From Candidatus Cloacimonadales bacterium (GTDB lineage Bacteria > Cloacimonadota > Cloacimonadia > Cloacimonadales > JAFGVF01), in assembly GCA_963662585.1 (NCBI GenBank), contig OY759729.1:1536001-1600000 (forward strand): a DNA stretch of 64,000 nt, given 5' to 3'. Below are positions 28,796 through 39,418 of the stretch, in pieces (within the stretch, counting starts at the first letter, position 1; every line of letters starts with the position of its first letter). The notes below the pieces were generated by a model. The model was not told where the DNA came from. It worked only from the letters and a program-made list of their open reading frames with translations, and did no database searches. Made by a program: the position numbers and the translations under genes.

Positions 28796-31297
28796 ATGAA
28801 TGAATATTTCGTATTAGATAAGTTCTTAGAAAAAAGTAGCTTTCAAACCAATATTGCTGTTCATCATAAAGATGAAGCTAAAGAGGCCGAATGGAGTGAT
28901 ATTCCTCAATCTTTACACCCCTGGGTTAGGGCAACCTTAGAAGAATCAGGTTTTCAGAAGCTATATATTCATCAAGAAAAAGCTATAACAAGTATTTTAA
29001 AAGGAGTTAGTACTGTAATAAGTACAGGTGTTTCGAGTGGGAAAAGTCTATGTTATCAAGTTCCAATAATACATTCTTTATCATTTAACCAAAACAATAG
29101 CACTTTATGTCTATATCCAACCAAAGCTTTAGCCCAAGATCAATTTAAATCATTCTCTCCTTTACTTGAGACCTTTTCAACTATCTCTGCTAGGAAACCG
29201 AATTTAAATATTTATGATGGAGATACTGAGCAAAGTCAAAGGAAGGCAATAAGAGAAAATGCTAATATTATTATATCCAATCCTGATATGTTGCATGTTA
29301 GTATCTTACCAAATCATAACAGTTGGGCAAAATTCTTTGCTAACCTGAAATTTGTTATAATCGATGAAGTTCATATTTATCGTGGGATTTTTGGTTCTCA
29401 CTTTACTAATGTTATTCGCAGGTTAAAAAGAGTTTGTTCTCACTATGGAAGCTCCCCTACTTTTATTCTAACATCAGCAACTATAGGAAATACTCGCGAG
29501 TTTATCACCTCCATTATCGAACAATTATTTAAAATAATTGATAAAGATTATTCTCCCCAAGGTAATCGCCATTTTTTAATCTATAACCCTCCCCTAGTAA
29601 ATGTTGAGTTAGGAATAAGAAGAAATGCTCTTCAAGAAACAACCAGAATAGCTAATTTTTTTAATAAGTTAAATGTACAAAGTCTTATTTTCACTCGTTC
29701 TAGAAGGTCAGTAGAGTTAATTGTTAGCAATTTAAAGAAAAGCAATAGCAGATCTTTTACTGGATATCGGAGTGGCTACTTAAAAGAGGAGAGAAGAGAG
29801 ATAGAGAAGCAACTTAAAGATGGAGAATTAAATAGCGTCGTTTCGACTAATGCTTTAGAGTTAGGCATTGATATTGGTGATTTGGATGTGGTAATCATCA
29901 ATGGTTATCCAGGAACTATTGCCTCAACTCTCCAACAAGCAGGAAGAACAGGAAGAACTGGTAATGATTCTTTAGTTGTTATGGTAGCGAATTCCTCTCT
30001 CATCAATCAATATTTAGTTAAATATCCTGAATACCTTTTCTCTAAAACTCCGGAACAAGCTCTTTTAGATGCTAATAATCCTTATATTCTTTTAGACCAT
30101 TTGAAATGTTCTATCTATGAACTTCCTTTTGATCGTAGAGAAATTTATTATGGAGTTTCAAGAGAGACAATCAATGAGTTATTAGATTTTCTCCTAGATA
30201 AAGGCTATGCAATTGAAAGAGATAGTGTTGTCTATTGGAATACAGCTAGTATCCCTGCCCAACAATGCTCTTTGCGTACAATTAATTCTAACAGTTATAC
30301 AGTATTGCATCATGGAAAGAATATTGGGCTTATTGATAATAATAGTGCCTCTTGGTTTGCTCACGAGAATGCTGTATATATTCATAATGGTGAGCCCTAT
30401 TTAGTCACTAAATTTGACACTAAGTTGAAAAATATTGAAGTCATTACTCATGACAAAGATTACTTTACCGAACCTATCATCAAAACTGATTATGAATTAA
30501 TAAAAGAACTAGATCTTTTAAGTTATCCTTTTGGGAAGGCTCATTATGCTGTATTGAATGTTCATACCCAAGTTTCAGCTTTTAAAAAGATTAAGTGGAG
30601 CAGTAGAGAGATTTTAGATACTGAAGAATTAGATTTACCTCAGACAACTCTTCCGACAAAAGGTGTTATTTTAACTCTTTCAGATTTTTATGAGGATTTT
30701 TTAGAGAAAAAGGGAAATAGTTCTAAGCAAAACAATTATGGAAAGGATTGGAGTGAAATCAAGAAATTAGTTAAACAAAGAGATCATTATACTTGTCAGA
30801 ACTGTGGTAAGTTAGAGAGTAGTGTCTCTTTTGATGTTCATCATATCAAACCATTTAAATCTTTTTCTAATGCTCAAGAAGCTAATAAGACTGAGAATTT
30901 AATAACCCTCTGTCGCCAGTGTCACCGAAATGCAGAGATACCAGTAAAGATTCAAAGTACAATGGCAGGTTTAGCCTATTTAATCCGTAATCTTGCCCCT
31001 CTATATTTAATGTGTTCTAACAGCGATATTCAAGTAAACTATAGTGATGATTCGAAGTTATCCGATGGAAAAGGAGCCATAATAATCTATGATTCTTTTA
31101 GAGGAGGGATAGGACTTTCCAAAAAAATCTTTACTGATTTAGTAGCAGTATTGGATTTATGTTATGCTCAAGTTAAAGATTGCAGCTGTAGTGATGGATG
31201 TCCATCTTGCACTGGACCTGTAGCTGAAAACGGTTATGGAGCTAAAGAGAGTGTCTTAGAACTTCTCCAAGAAATAAGCGGGGTTAGCAATGTCTGA
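28796..31297 (+). CDS. mrfA: MrfA/YprA/Hrq1-like DEAH helicase with DUF1998 Zn domain and inserted HNH domain
   Basis: SSGKS, YPTKALAQDQ, DEVH, TSAT, TNALELGID, QQAGRTGR; C-terminal CSCSDGCPSC; CQNC..DVHHIKP..NLITLCRQCH. Confidence 0.88.
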   Translation: MNEYFVLDKFLEKSSFQTNIAVHHKDEAKEAEWSDIPQSLHPWVRATLEESGFQKLYIHQEKAITSILKGVSTVISTGVSSGKSLCYQVPIIHSLSFNQNNSTLCLYPTKALAQDQFKSFSPLLETFSTISARKPNLNIYDGDTEQSQRKAIRENANIIISNPDMLHVSILPNHNSWAKFFANLKFVIIDEVHIYRGIFGSHFTNVIRRLKRVCSHYGSSPTFILTSATIGNTREFITSIIEQLFKIIDKDYSPQGNRHFLIYNPPLVNVELGIRRNALQETTRIANFFNKLNVQSLIFTRSRRSVELIVSNLKKSNSRSFTGYRSGYLKEERREIEKQLKDGELNSVVSTNALELGIDIGDLDVVIINGYPGTIASTLQQAGRTGRTGNDSLVVMVANSSLINQYLVKYPEYLFSKTPEQALLDANNPYILLDHLKCSIYELPFDRREIYYGVSRETINELLDFLLDKGYAIERDSVVYWNTASIPAQQCSLRTINSNSYTVLHHGKNIGLIDNNSASWFAHENAVYIHNGEPYLVTKFDTKLKNIEVITHDKDYFTEPIIKTDYELIKELDLLSYPFGKAHYAVLNVHTQVSAFKKIKWSSREILDTEELDLPQTTLPTKGVILTLSDFYEDFLEKKGNSSKQNNYGKDWSEIKKLVKQRDHYTCQNCGKLESSVSFDVHHIKPFKSFSNAQEANKTENLITLCRQCHRNAEIPVKIQSTMAGLAYLIRNLAPLYLMCSNSDIQVNYSDDSKLSDGKGAIIIYDSFRGGIGLSKKIFTDLVAVLDLCYAQVKDCSCSDGCPSCTGPVAENGYGAKESVLELLQEISGVSNV

Positions 31298-32465
31298 TTT
31301 GAAACTATTCCTTGATGACTTGCAAGAAGAGTCACAAAAGAAATCTGAATTTGCCAAACCAATAGATGAATTTTTAACAGGTTCTTTTATCGAAGAAGCT
31401 TCTCTACGAGTATTTGTTCATGAGAAAATTATCTCTGCAGAAAAGAAGATTAACTTAGCTGATTCTCTACCTAGGATTCCAAAGTGGCTATATAAGTATA
31501 GCAAAATATTTAATTTTGCTTCTGCTGAGGAGATTATCTTCTTAGATACAGAGACAACAGGTTTAGATAGGGGAGCTAATACTTATGCTTTTTTAACAGG
31601 TGTTCTCTACTTTGAAAACAATAATTGGGTATTGAAGCAGTTCTTTATAGAGTCTCCTGAAAATGAGACTTTATTAATGAAATTGCTTTCGGAGCTACTC
31701 TCTAATTTCAAAATATTAGTCAGTTATAATGGAAAATGTTACGATATTCCCCTACTTGATAATAGATTTAAATTTCATAAGAATGATTATTCTATTCGAG
31801 ATTTAGAATTTTTAGACCTATTACATCTATCCAGACGCTTTTGGAAAACATCCCTTCAAGGGTGTAAGTTACAAAACATTGAAACACTAATTTTCAATTA
31901 TATCAGAGACTACTCCAATGATATCCCCGGAGAACTTATTCCTAAAGCTTATTTTGATTATTTAACTAGTCGTAATGCAGAAGAAATATCTAATGTTTTT
32001 TACCATAATGAAGAAGATTTATATTCTCTAACCAAAATATTAGAAGTCTGTACAAATTTGGATTTTATGGATTTTGATTACTTAGAAAAGTTTAAAATAG
32101 ATAACTTTAGTGTAGCTAAATTTCTTGTAGATATTGGCTTAGAGAGTTCTTCTCTTCCCTTGTTAAAAGAGCTTGCCAACACAGATAAAGTTTCTGAGAA
32201 TATCCTCCTACTTCTGACAAAATTACTTAAGAAAGAGAATGATTATCTTTCAGCAGTGGAGTATTTAAAGCTATTAGAAGCAACATCTCCTCTTATCTGT
32301 TTAGAGTTATCTAAGATTTATGAGCACAAACTTAAAAATTTATCCCAAGCATTTTATTATGCCAGAAAAGCTTATCTCTTACTTCACGAAGAGCCTGTTT
32401 TTAACAATACTTTAATAACTGAGTCAGAAAAAAGAATTACTCGACTTAAGAAAAAGTTATCTTAA
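31290..32465 (+). CDS. mrfB: MrfB/YprB-like RNase H-fold (DEDD) exonuclease with TPR-like C-terminus
   Basis: FLDTETTGL, SYNGKCYDIP, LDLLH, YHNEEDL, LSKIYEHK; overlaps the helicase gene. Confidence 0.88.
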   Translation: MSDLKLFLDDLQEESQKKSEFAKPIDEFLTGSFIEEASLRVFVHEKIISAEKKINLADSLPRIPKWLYKYSKIFNFASAEEIIFLDTETTGLDRGANTYAFLTGVLYFENNNWVLKQFFIESPENETLLMKLLSELLSNFKILVSYNGKCYDIPLLDNRFKFHKNDYSIRDLEFLDLLHLSRRFWKTSLQGCKLQNIETLIFNYIRDYSNDIPGELIPKAYFDYLTSRNAEEISNVFYHNEEDLYSLTKILEVCTNLDFMDFDYLEKFKIDNFSVAKFLVDIGLESSSLPLLKELANTDKVSENILLLLTKLLKKENDYLSAVEYLKLLEATSPLICLELSKIYEHKLKNLSQAFYYARKAYLLLHEEPVFNNTLITESEKRITRLKKKLS

Positions 32466-34705
32466 GATTTGATATTTAACAACTTAACTTTAATCGTAGT
32501 ATAGAGTCCTACTTTACTTTCCGCACTAATGATTCCACCATGTTGATGAATAATCTTATGGGCTAGATTAAGTCCTAGTCCTGTTCCATTCTCTTTATTA
32601 GTGAAGAAAGGTTGGAATATCTTAGGTATAATATTAGCTTCAATTCCACAACCGTTATCCTTAAATTCTATAACAACAAAGTTGAATTCATCATAGGTTG
32701 AGATTTCTATTAATCCTTCCTTCTCTGTACTCTTGATAGCATCAATAGAATTTAGGATGAAGTTTAAGAAAACAGTATTAATCTGCTTTTTATCAATAGA
32801 GACTAAATCCAACTTACTGGCAGGAGAGTATTTAAGTTCAATGTTTTCCTTATTAAGCTTTCCTCTCACTAAATTTATCACTTCAGATATTACTCTGTGC
32901 ATTGAAATTACTTCTAACTTAAAATCAATAGGCTGACTATAGTTTAAAAGTTCTTTGATTCTTACATTAGCATTTTGAGCATTTCTTATAATAATATCTG
33001 CGAATTCATCATTATCAAGGCTATGTTTCGATTTTAAAATCTGCATAGAAGCTATAATATTGGTTAAAGGATTCCTAATTTCATGGGCTAAGCCAGAAGC
33101 AATCTCCCCTACACCAGTAAGCCTATGAGCAAAAAGGAGCTGGTTAGTAGTAGATTTATGATCTTCAATTTCTGCTAGCAAATTTTCATTAGATAATTTT
33201 AATTCTTTGGTTCTTTCTTCAACCTTTATATTTAATAATTTAGATAGTTTGTCTTTAGATTTATATCTTTGAAAAGTAAGGACAGTAATTCCTGAAATAA
33301 GCAATAAAAGTGAAATATTAAACAAAATAGTATTCTTTTGATTAGCAATAGTTAGATTCTGTTGGGTATTCAACAAGTCTAGCCTTTGCTTTTCTTGATT
33401 AATCTTATCAATATTTTTCTGAGCCTCAAATTCAGCCACTAAATCTGCAACCTCATCTGAAGTTTCTTTCCTAATCTTGCTAATTAGTTCTCGTGAATAA
33501 GCTAAAGCTTTATCATAGAAACCAAAAGTTTCATAAAATTCTAATCTAGCATTTAAAAAATCCCCTTCTGATGCGGATCCCAATGAAGTTGTTTTAAGAC
33601 TATCACCAATCAGAACGAATTTCAAGGCATTGTCATAATCATTTAGTTTTGTATAATATCTGATATACTGATTAGTGTTTTCAATAGAAGTTTCTATAGA
33701 GGTATTGGACTCCACTAATTCATCGCTCAGTTTTAAATATTTCAATGATAAGTCCCACTCTTCTTTCCTTTCATAAAGTTGAGAAACAAGAGAGTAAAGA
33801 GAGGAAAGCATATCAGAAACAGCAAAATTGTTCTCTTCTTTATTACATATTTCAATCCCCTCTAAAGCATATTGAAGGGCTTTATCATAATCACCTGAAT
33901 TACCATAAGCAGTTGAGATATTATAAAGAGCTAAGGCAACTCCAGAATAGTCTTCTAAAGTATTATAAATATCAATAACCTTTTCATTATAACTTATTTG
34001 TCCATCATATTGTTCTAGGGCAGAATAACATGTTGCAAGGCTGAGATAAATCAAGGCGGTAGTATTTGAAATGGGAAATTGTTCTGTATATTTTTCAGCT
34101 TCTTTATAGAGTTCAAAAGCAGAATATAAATCTTCTTGTATTAAATTAATATCTCCTTCTAACATGTATAAATAAGCTAATATCCTAGTAGAATCTGCCT
34201 TTGTAGCATATTTACGACTTTTCTTTACCCAGCTTAAGGCATTATCAAAGTCATTACTATCTGTGAAAGTTGATGCTACCCATAAGGAGGAATTTGCCAT
34301 TAACCCCACATCACTACGAAGAGAATCAGCTTGGAAGATTTCTTTTATTTTGGGGATTGATTTAGAGAAATTCCATTGATAAGCATAAATATCATAAATC
34401 TTAAAATCTATTTCTCTCTTCTCTGTATAGTTTTTATAGAGAGAATCACTTTTTATCTTATCTAAGATATATAAAGATTGATCAGGATTATGAGCAAAGA
34501 GAAGAGAGTCTGCTAACTGAAAAGCTTCTTCTAGTTTCTGGCCAGAATTACTGACTAGGATTTCTTGATACTCTCCCCAAACAACACTTGTATCAACAAT
34601 AGAAATCATTGACTCTTGGCTATCATAATCTTTAGCAATTAAATATAGTGTATTAATAAGAAATAATAAAACTAATACCAAATTATTCCAATTTATCTTT
34701 TTCAT
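32462..34705 (-). CDS. TPR-repeat sensor histidine kinase
   Basis: Signal/TM, TPR-like helices, TM, LAHEIRNPL, DNGCGI, GTGLGL. Confidence 0.9.
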   Translation of the reverse strand: MKKINWNNLVLVLLFLINTLYLIAKDYDSQESMISIVDTSVVWGEYQEILVSNSGQKLEEAFQLADSLLFAHNPDQSLYILDKIKSDSLYKNYTEKREIDFKIYDIYAYQWNFSKSIPKIKEIFQADSLRSDVGLMANSSLWVASTFTDSNDFDNALSWVKKSRKYATKADSTRILAYLYMLEGDINLIQEDLYSAFELYKEAEKYTEQFPISNTTALIYLSLATCYSALEQYDGQISYNEKVIDIYNTLEDYSGVALALYNISTAYGNSGDYDKALQYALEGIEICNKEENNFAVSDMLSSLYSLVSQLYERKEEWDLSLKYLKLSDELVESNTSIETSIENTNQYIRYYTKLNDYDNALKFVLIGDSLKTTSLGSASEGDFLNARLEFYETFGFYDKALAYSRELISKIRKETSDEVADLVAEFEAQKNIDKINQEKQRLDLLNTQQNLTIANQKNTILFNISLLLLISGITVLTFQRYKSKDKLSKLLNIKVEERTKELKLSNENLLAEIEDHKSTTNQLLFAHRLTGVGEIASGLAHEIRNPLTNIIASMQILKSKHSLDNDEFADIIIRNAQNANVRIKELLNYSQPIDFKLEVISMHRVISEVINLVRGKLNKENIELKYSPASKLDLVSIDKKQINTVFLNFILNSIDAIKSTEKEGLIEISTYDEFNFVVIEFKDNGCGIEANIIPKIFQPFFTNKENGTGLGLNLAHKIIHQHGGIISAESKVGLYTTIKVKLLNIKS

Positions 34706-34938
34706 AATTCTCCCATTACCATCACAGAAAAAGGAGAATAAAATGTCAATATTAAATCTCTTCTTCTTCTTAAGCTCCTTTATTAATGCTCTCTTAATGC
34801 TCCATTACTATTATCTCGACTTCAATTTGGATTTTATATTGGTTCTCAGTCATGGAGCAGGGGAAGAGAAGGCAAGCTAAGGCAAAAGAGTAGAGATTAG
34901 TAAGGTTTTTCCCTCAAGCTTTGAAAGAGAATTTAGCT

Positions 34939-35766
34939 TTAATTCTTAATAAACACAATCCTATCTTTTCCAACTAAATCAGGAATTATTTCTACATTAG
35001 TGTAACTAAAAGCATGAGCTATATTCACAATATCTATAGCTTGTTTCTCTCCAATTTCAAAGAATACAGAACCATCTGGATTTAATATTTTCTTACTTAG
35101 CTCTATTATCTTGTGGTAGAAATAAAGTCCTTCCTCATCCCCAACCAAAGCCAGTTCTGGTTCAAATTCTCGCACCTCATAAGGGAGTTCAGAGTATTCA
35201 GCATGGCTAATATAAGGAGGATTGGAAACAATCAAGTCGAAGCTTCCCAACTCCTCAGAGTAAATATCAGCTTCAAAAAATCTAATCTTTACTCCATTAA
35301 GAAGAGCATTGGCTGCTGCTATTTTTAAGGCTTCAGGAGAGATATCAACAGCGACTACTTCAGCATTAGGAAAGATTTTCTTAAGCGTAATAGCAATAGC
35401 TCCTGAACCTGTACCAATATCAATAATCCTCTTAGGATTCTTTATCTGATGACTAATAGCCTCTATTAAAAACTCTGTTTCTGGACGAGGGATCAAGACT
35501 GCAGGGCTTACTTCAATTCTGTAACCATAAAACTCTGTATAGCCTAAAATATATTGCAATGGCTCATTTGTAGCTCTTCTAAGAAGCATATCCCTAATTA
35601 ATTTTTCTTGTTCATTGCTTAATCTTTGTGAGTAATACAAAGGAAGAGATAGTCTTTTAATAGCAGTTACTTCTTCTAAAATTAATCCAGCATTTAAGGA
35701 TGAATTCTCTATATTTGCTTGGTCTAGCTTAGCACAAGCTTCCTGAAAAATCTCTTTAATCGTCAT
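34939..35766 (-). CDS. prmC: Release factor glutamine methyltransferase
   Basis: EPLQYILG, VLIPRPETE, DIGTGSGAIA, SNPPY. Confidence 0.97.
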   Translation of the reverse strand: MTIKEIFQEACAKLDQANIENSSLNAGLILEEVTAIKRLSLPLYYSQRLSNEQEKLIRDMLLRRATNEPLQYILGYTEFYGYRIEVSPAVLIPRPETEFLIEAISHQIKNPKRIIDIGTGSGAIAITLKKIFPNAEVVAVDISPEALKIAAANALLNGVKIRFFEADIYSEELGSFDLIVSNPPYISHAEYSELPYEVREFEPELALVGDEEGLYFYHKIIELSKKILNPDGSVFFEIGEKQAIDIVNIAHAFSYTNVEIIPDLVGKDRIVFIKN

Positions 35767-37016
35767 TATTTATCTTTCCCTGAAAAGCTCTCAATACTAT
35801 TAGCTATTCGCTCAAAGTTATAACTAGAAGGATTCTGGAATACTCTAAGTCCAAATTCAGGAACAACAGCTAAAAGATGGTCAAAGATATCAGATTGGAT
35901 GTCCTCATATTTGACCCAAGCTGTCTGATTAATGAAAACATAAATTTGAATTGGAATTCCATTATTATCAGCTTCTAATTGCCTAATTAGAAATATTAGA
36001 TCTTTATGAACGAAAGGATGATGCTTAAGGTAACTTGCTATGTAGGCTCTAAAAGTACCAAGATTAGTCATTCTTCTGCCATTAACTAGTACTGAATCAT
36101 CAATATTATTTTTCTTATTATATTCCGCTAACTCTTGCTTCTTATCAGTTATATATTCTTTTAAATATTCTATTTTCTCAAACTTAGCTATCATTTCAGC
36201 ATCGCAAAACTTAATACTGCTAACATCAAGAGTGATATTACGCATAATTCTTCTACCACCAGCCTCTTGCATTCCTCGCCAATTCTTAAAAGAGTCATCG
36301 ATTAATTTATAGGTTGGGATATTGGTTATAGTCTTATCCCAGTTTTGAATTTGGATATTATAAAGTGAGATATCAATAACATCGCCATCAGCACCAAATT
36401 TAGGAACTTCTAGCCAGTCACCTATCTGAATAATATCACTGGTTGTGATTCTTACACTAGCAACAAAAGATAAAATTGTATCTTTAAAAATCAACATTAG
36501 TACTGCAGTCATTGCTCCTAATCCACTTATTAAAACTAAAGGATTAGTATTGATGAATATCGAAACTACAACCAAAAAGCCTAAAATATAAAGCACAATC
36601 ATAAATACTTGTATAAAACCCTTAATGGATTTACCTCGTGATATTTCTAGGGTTTTATAAATATCATTTAGGGCATTGAGCAGATTTCCGAAAAATATTA
36701 GCATCACTATTACAACTAAAGATGAAACAAATTTTGCTAAGATTACTCCACTATACTCAAAATAACTAGTAAATTGATAAATAAATAAAAGAGCAGGTAA
36801 AGGAACTAAGCTTTTGATTACCTTCCTTTTTATCATAAAATCATCCCAAGTTATCTTACTCTTGATAATAATCTTATGAACTATCTTCATAGCTAATCTA
36901 CTTAATAAATAGATTATCCCTGCTAATACTAATATTATCATACTTCTGACTACACTCGGTAAAATAGAGTGTTCAGGAAGTAAAGATTCAATAAATTCAA
37001 TCATTTTATACCTCAA
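35766..37016 (-). CDS. Small-conductance mechanosensitive channel (YbdG/MscM-like)
   Basis: GLGAMTAVLMLIFKDTIL, IQNWDKT, NWRGM..GGRRI, TNLGTFRAY, QSDIFDH. Confidence 0.93.
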   Translation of the reverse strand: MRYKMIEFIESLLPEHSILPSVVRSMIILVLAGIIYLLSRLAMKIVHKIIIKSKITWDDFMIKRKVIKSLVPLPALLFIYQFTSYFEYSGVILAKFVSSLVVIVMLIFFGNLLNALNDIYKTLEISRGKSIKGFIQVFMIVLYILGFLVVVSIFINTNPLVLISGLGAMTAVLMLIFKDTILSFVASVRITTSDIIQIGDWLEVPKFGADGDVIDISLYNIQIQNWDKTITNIPTYKLIDDSFKNWRGMQEAGGRRIMRNITLDVSSIKFCDAEMIAKFEKIEYLKEYITDKKQELAEYNKKNNIDDSVLVNGRRMTNLGTFRAYIASYLKHHPFVHKDLIFLIRQLEADNNGIPIQIYVFINQTAWVKYEDIQSDIFDHLLAVVPEFGLRVFQNPSSYNFERIANSIESFSGKDK

Positions 37017-37170
37017 TTATATTGTAAATTAATGTTTGAAGATAAACATAAGTGAATGAGAGGGATGTCAAGGGAAAAGTAAATGATAGCAATTAAGAAA
37101 AAAAGGCTTGCTCACTAATTTGTCTGATTTAGAATGAATTGCCTGAATTAAAACTTATCGGACTAACTCT

Positions 37171-37680
37171 TTATTCACCTTCTTCATCGATTTTAAATCC
37201 GTGAGATTTAAGTCTTCTTAAAGCTTTTTCTCTAAGTTGTCTTACTCTTTCGCGGGGAAGGTTAAGCTGTTTAGCCACTTCTGAAAGGGTAAATTCATGT
37301 TGATAAAGCTTAATAATGACCTGTTTTTCTAAGAGAGGAAAATTGTCAGGAAACTCAATTGAGATAGTTTCTGAAGTTGTTGGCAAGGTATCAAATTCTC
37401 TTTCGTGTAAATTTTCATTGTACTCTGAAAAAGGAAGATTAGAATCTTGCCCGATATAATCTAAAATATATTTTTTAATCCAATAAACAGCGTAAGTAGA
37501 GAACTTAGTATCTTTTCCCTCATCGAAATTATCTACAGCTTTAATTACCCCAATCATTCCCTCTTGCATTAAATCATCAAGCGGGTGATTGTTTGAAACA
37601 TACTTGAGAGCGATTGACTTAACCAAAGGGTAGAGCTCTGCTATCCTCTCATCATATATTTTATCTGAAATCTCTTTCAT
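37171..37680 (-). CDS. Small sigma-70 family factor (regions 2 and 4 only)
   Basis: DLMQEGMIGVIKAVDNFD..KFSTYAVYWIK and TLSEVA...RERVRQLREKALRRLK. Confidence 0.88.
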   Translation of the reverse strand: MKEISDKIYDERIAELYPLVKSIALKYVSNNHPLDDLMQEGMIGVIKAVDNFDEGKDTKFSTYAVYWIKKYILDYIGQDSNLPFSEYNENLHEREFDTLPTTSETISIEFPDNFPLLEKQVIIKLYQHEFTLSEVAKQLNLPRERVRQLREKALRRLKSHGFKIDEEGE

Positions 37681-39418
37681 AGGTATTATCTTGGATAAGC
37701 GGTAAAGTTATAATAAATTCAGTACCTTGCTTTAATTCTGACTTTGCGGTGATACTTCCATTATGAAGACTAATGATATGTTTAACAATGGAGAGTCCTA
37801 ATCCTGTTCCACCATTCTTTCTATTTCTGGATTTATCAGCTACATAGAAGCGTTCAAAAATCCTGGGCAGATGTTCTTTAGGAATACCATCTCCACTATC
37901 TTTGAGCGAAATAAGCATTTTATCTTCTTGTAATTTAGCAGAGATATAGACTCCCCCATGTGAAGTATAACGAATAGCGTTATCTATTAGATTAACAAAA
38001 ACCTGTTCAAATTTAAACTTATCTACTTCAATTTCAGGTAACTCTTCAGAAATATCTATCTTTAATTGCAGATTATTTACTTTAAGTTTATCCTCAAATA
38101 TACTCTTAGTTTTATCTAAGAAGTGTCCTAATTTTACCTTAGAAAGAATTAAGGTAGGACGCTGTTCAAGTTTAGCAAGAGCCTGGATATCATTAATTAG
38201 GGAGATAAGACGCTCTGAATTTCTGTCTATAATATTTAGATACTTAAGTTGATTAGGATTAGCTTCCTCTATAAGATGTTCAACAAAGCCTTTAATAGCG
38301 GTGAGAGGAGTTCTAAGTTCATGACTGGCATTAAGGATAAAATCCTTTTTAAGCTGTTGCATCTCTTTAAGTTCAGAAATGTTATGGAGAAGAAAGATAA
38401 TTTGGTCATCATTAATTTTAGAACTACTTAAGATAAACCATTTATCAAGTAATTTAATTTCGGTAACAGTATCTGGAGAATCAGGATTAATCTTTTCAAT
38501 AATAGCTTTTACTTCTGGGTCATGGATTAATTCCCAGTAATATTTACCACAGTACTTTTTTGATTTAAATAATTTTTGGAAGCTTGTATTAGAGAGAATT
38601 AACTGACCATCATAGCTTTGCACCCAAAGAATTTCATTAATTGAATTAATAATAGTTTCCAAAGTATAGCTTTTTTCTTCTAATTCTGAGACGGTTGTGG
38701 CTAATTTATCAGCCATTAGATTAAAACTCTTAGCTAAATCCTCTACTTCATCATGACTCCTAAAATCCACCTTTCTCTTAAGGTTACCTTGACTAATATC
38801 ATAACATGCTTCTTTAAGTCTTTCTAGTGGTTTAGTGATTTTTCTGGTATAGAAATATGCAACAATCAGGGCTAGGATAACTACAATTAAGGAAGCTTGC
38901 AATATCCCTTTTCTAAAATCATTAAGGAGAAGAGTAATTTCTGTGATTGGTACACTAAGACGGGAGACATAGTGAATTCGATTATTTTGGAGAATAGGAA
39001 CAGCAACATATAGCATCTCTTGATGAATAGTTGCTGAATAACGAATAGCAGAGCCAACTTCCCCATTAAGAGCTTTTTTTAATTCAAAGCGTTCTTTATG
39101 ATTCTCCATCTCATGAGGGTCAGCATCGGACTCTAAGACAACTTTACCATTGATATCAATAATGGTAATTCTGGCCTGTATTGTTTCAGAAATATGTTTA
39201 ACTCTCTCTTGTAAGGCAGAATAGTTCTCACCGATTAAATCATATTCTATTAATTGAAAAGTAGATCGAGATTGCTGAATCAGACTATTCTCTAGTCTGG
39301 CTAAATGCTGTTCTTTTACTAATTTAAAAGATATATAATAGATGAGTGAGATTAGTACTATGAAGATAATGATATAACTAAGTAGAATTCTACTAAAGAT
39401 AGAGTTTTTCTTAAACAT
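37661..39418 (-). CDS. phoR: Phosphate regulon sensor kinase
   Basis: TM-sensor-TM-HAMP-PAS-HisKA (NASHELRTPLT)-HATPase; follows phoB. Confidence 0.88.
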   Translation of the reverse strand: MFKKNSIFSRILLSYIIIFIVLISLIYYISFKLVKEQHLARLENSLIQQSRSTFQLIEYDLIGENYSALQERVKHISETIQARITIIDINGKVVLESDADPHEMENHKERFELKKALNGEVGSAIRYSATIHQEMLYVAVPILQNNRIHYVSRLSVPITEITLLLNDFRKGILQASLIVVILALIVAYFYTRKITKPLERLKEACYDISQGNLKRKVDFRSHDEVEDLAKSFNLMADKLATTVSELEEKSYTLETIINSINEILWVQSYDGQLILSNTSFQKLFKSKKYCGKYYWELIHDPEVKAIIEKINPDSPDTVTEIKLLDKWFILSSSKINDDQIIFLLHNISELKEMQQLKKDFILNASHELRTPLTAIKGFVEHLIEEANPNQLKYLNIIDRNSERLISLINDIQALAKLEQRPTLILSKVKLGHFLDKTKSIFEDKLKVNNLQLKIDISEELPEIEVDKFKFEQVFVNLIDNAIRYTSHGGVYISAKLQEDKMLISLKDSGDGIPKEHLPRIFERFYVADKSRNRKNGGTGLGLSIVKHIISLHNGSITAKSELKQGTEFIITLPLIQDNTYERDFR

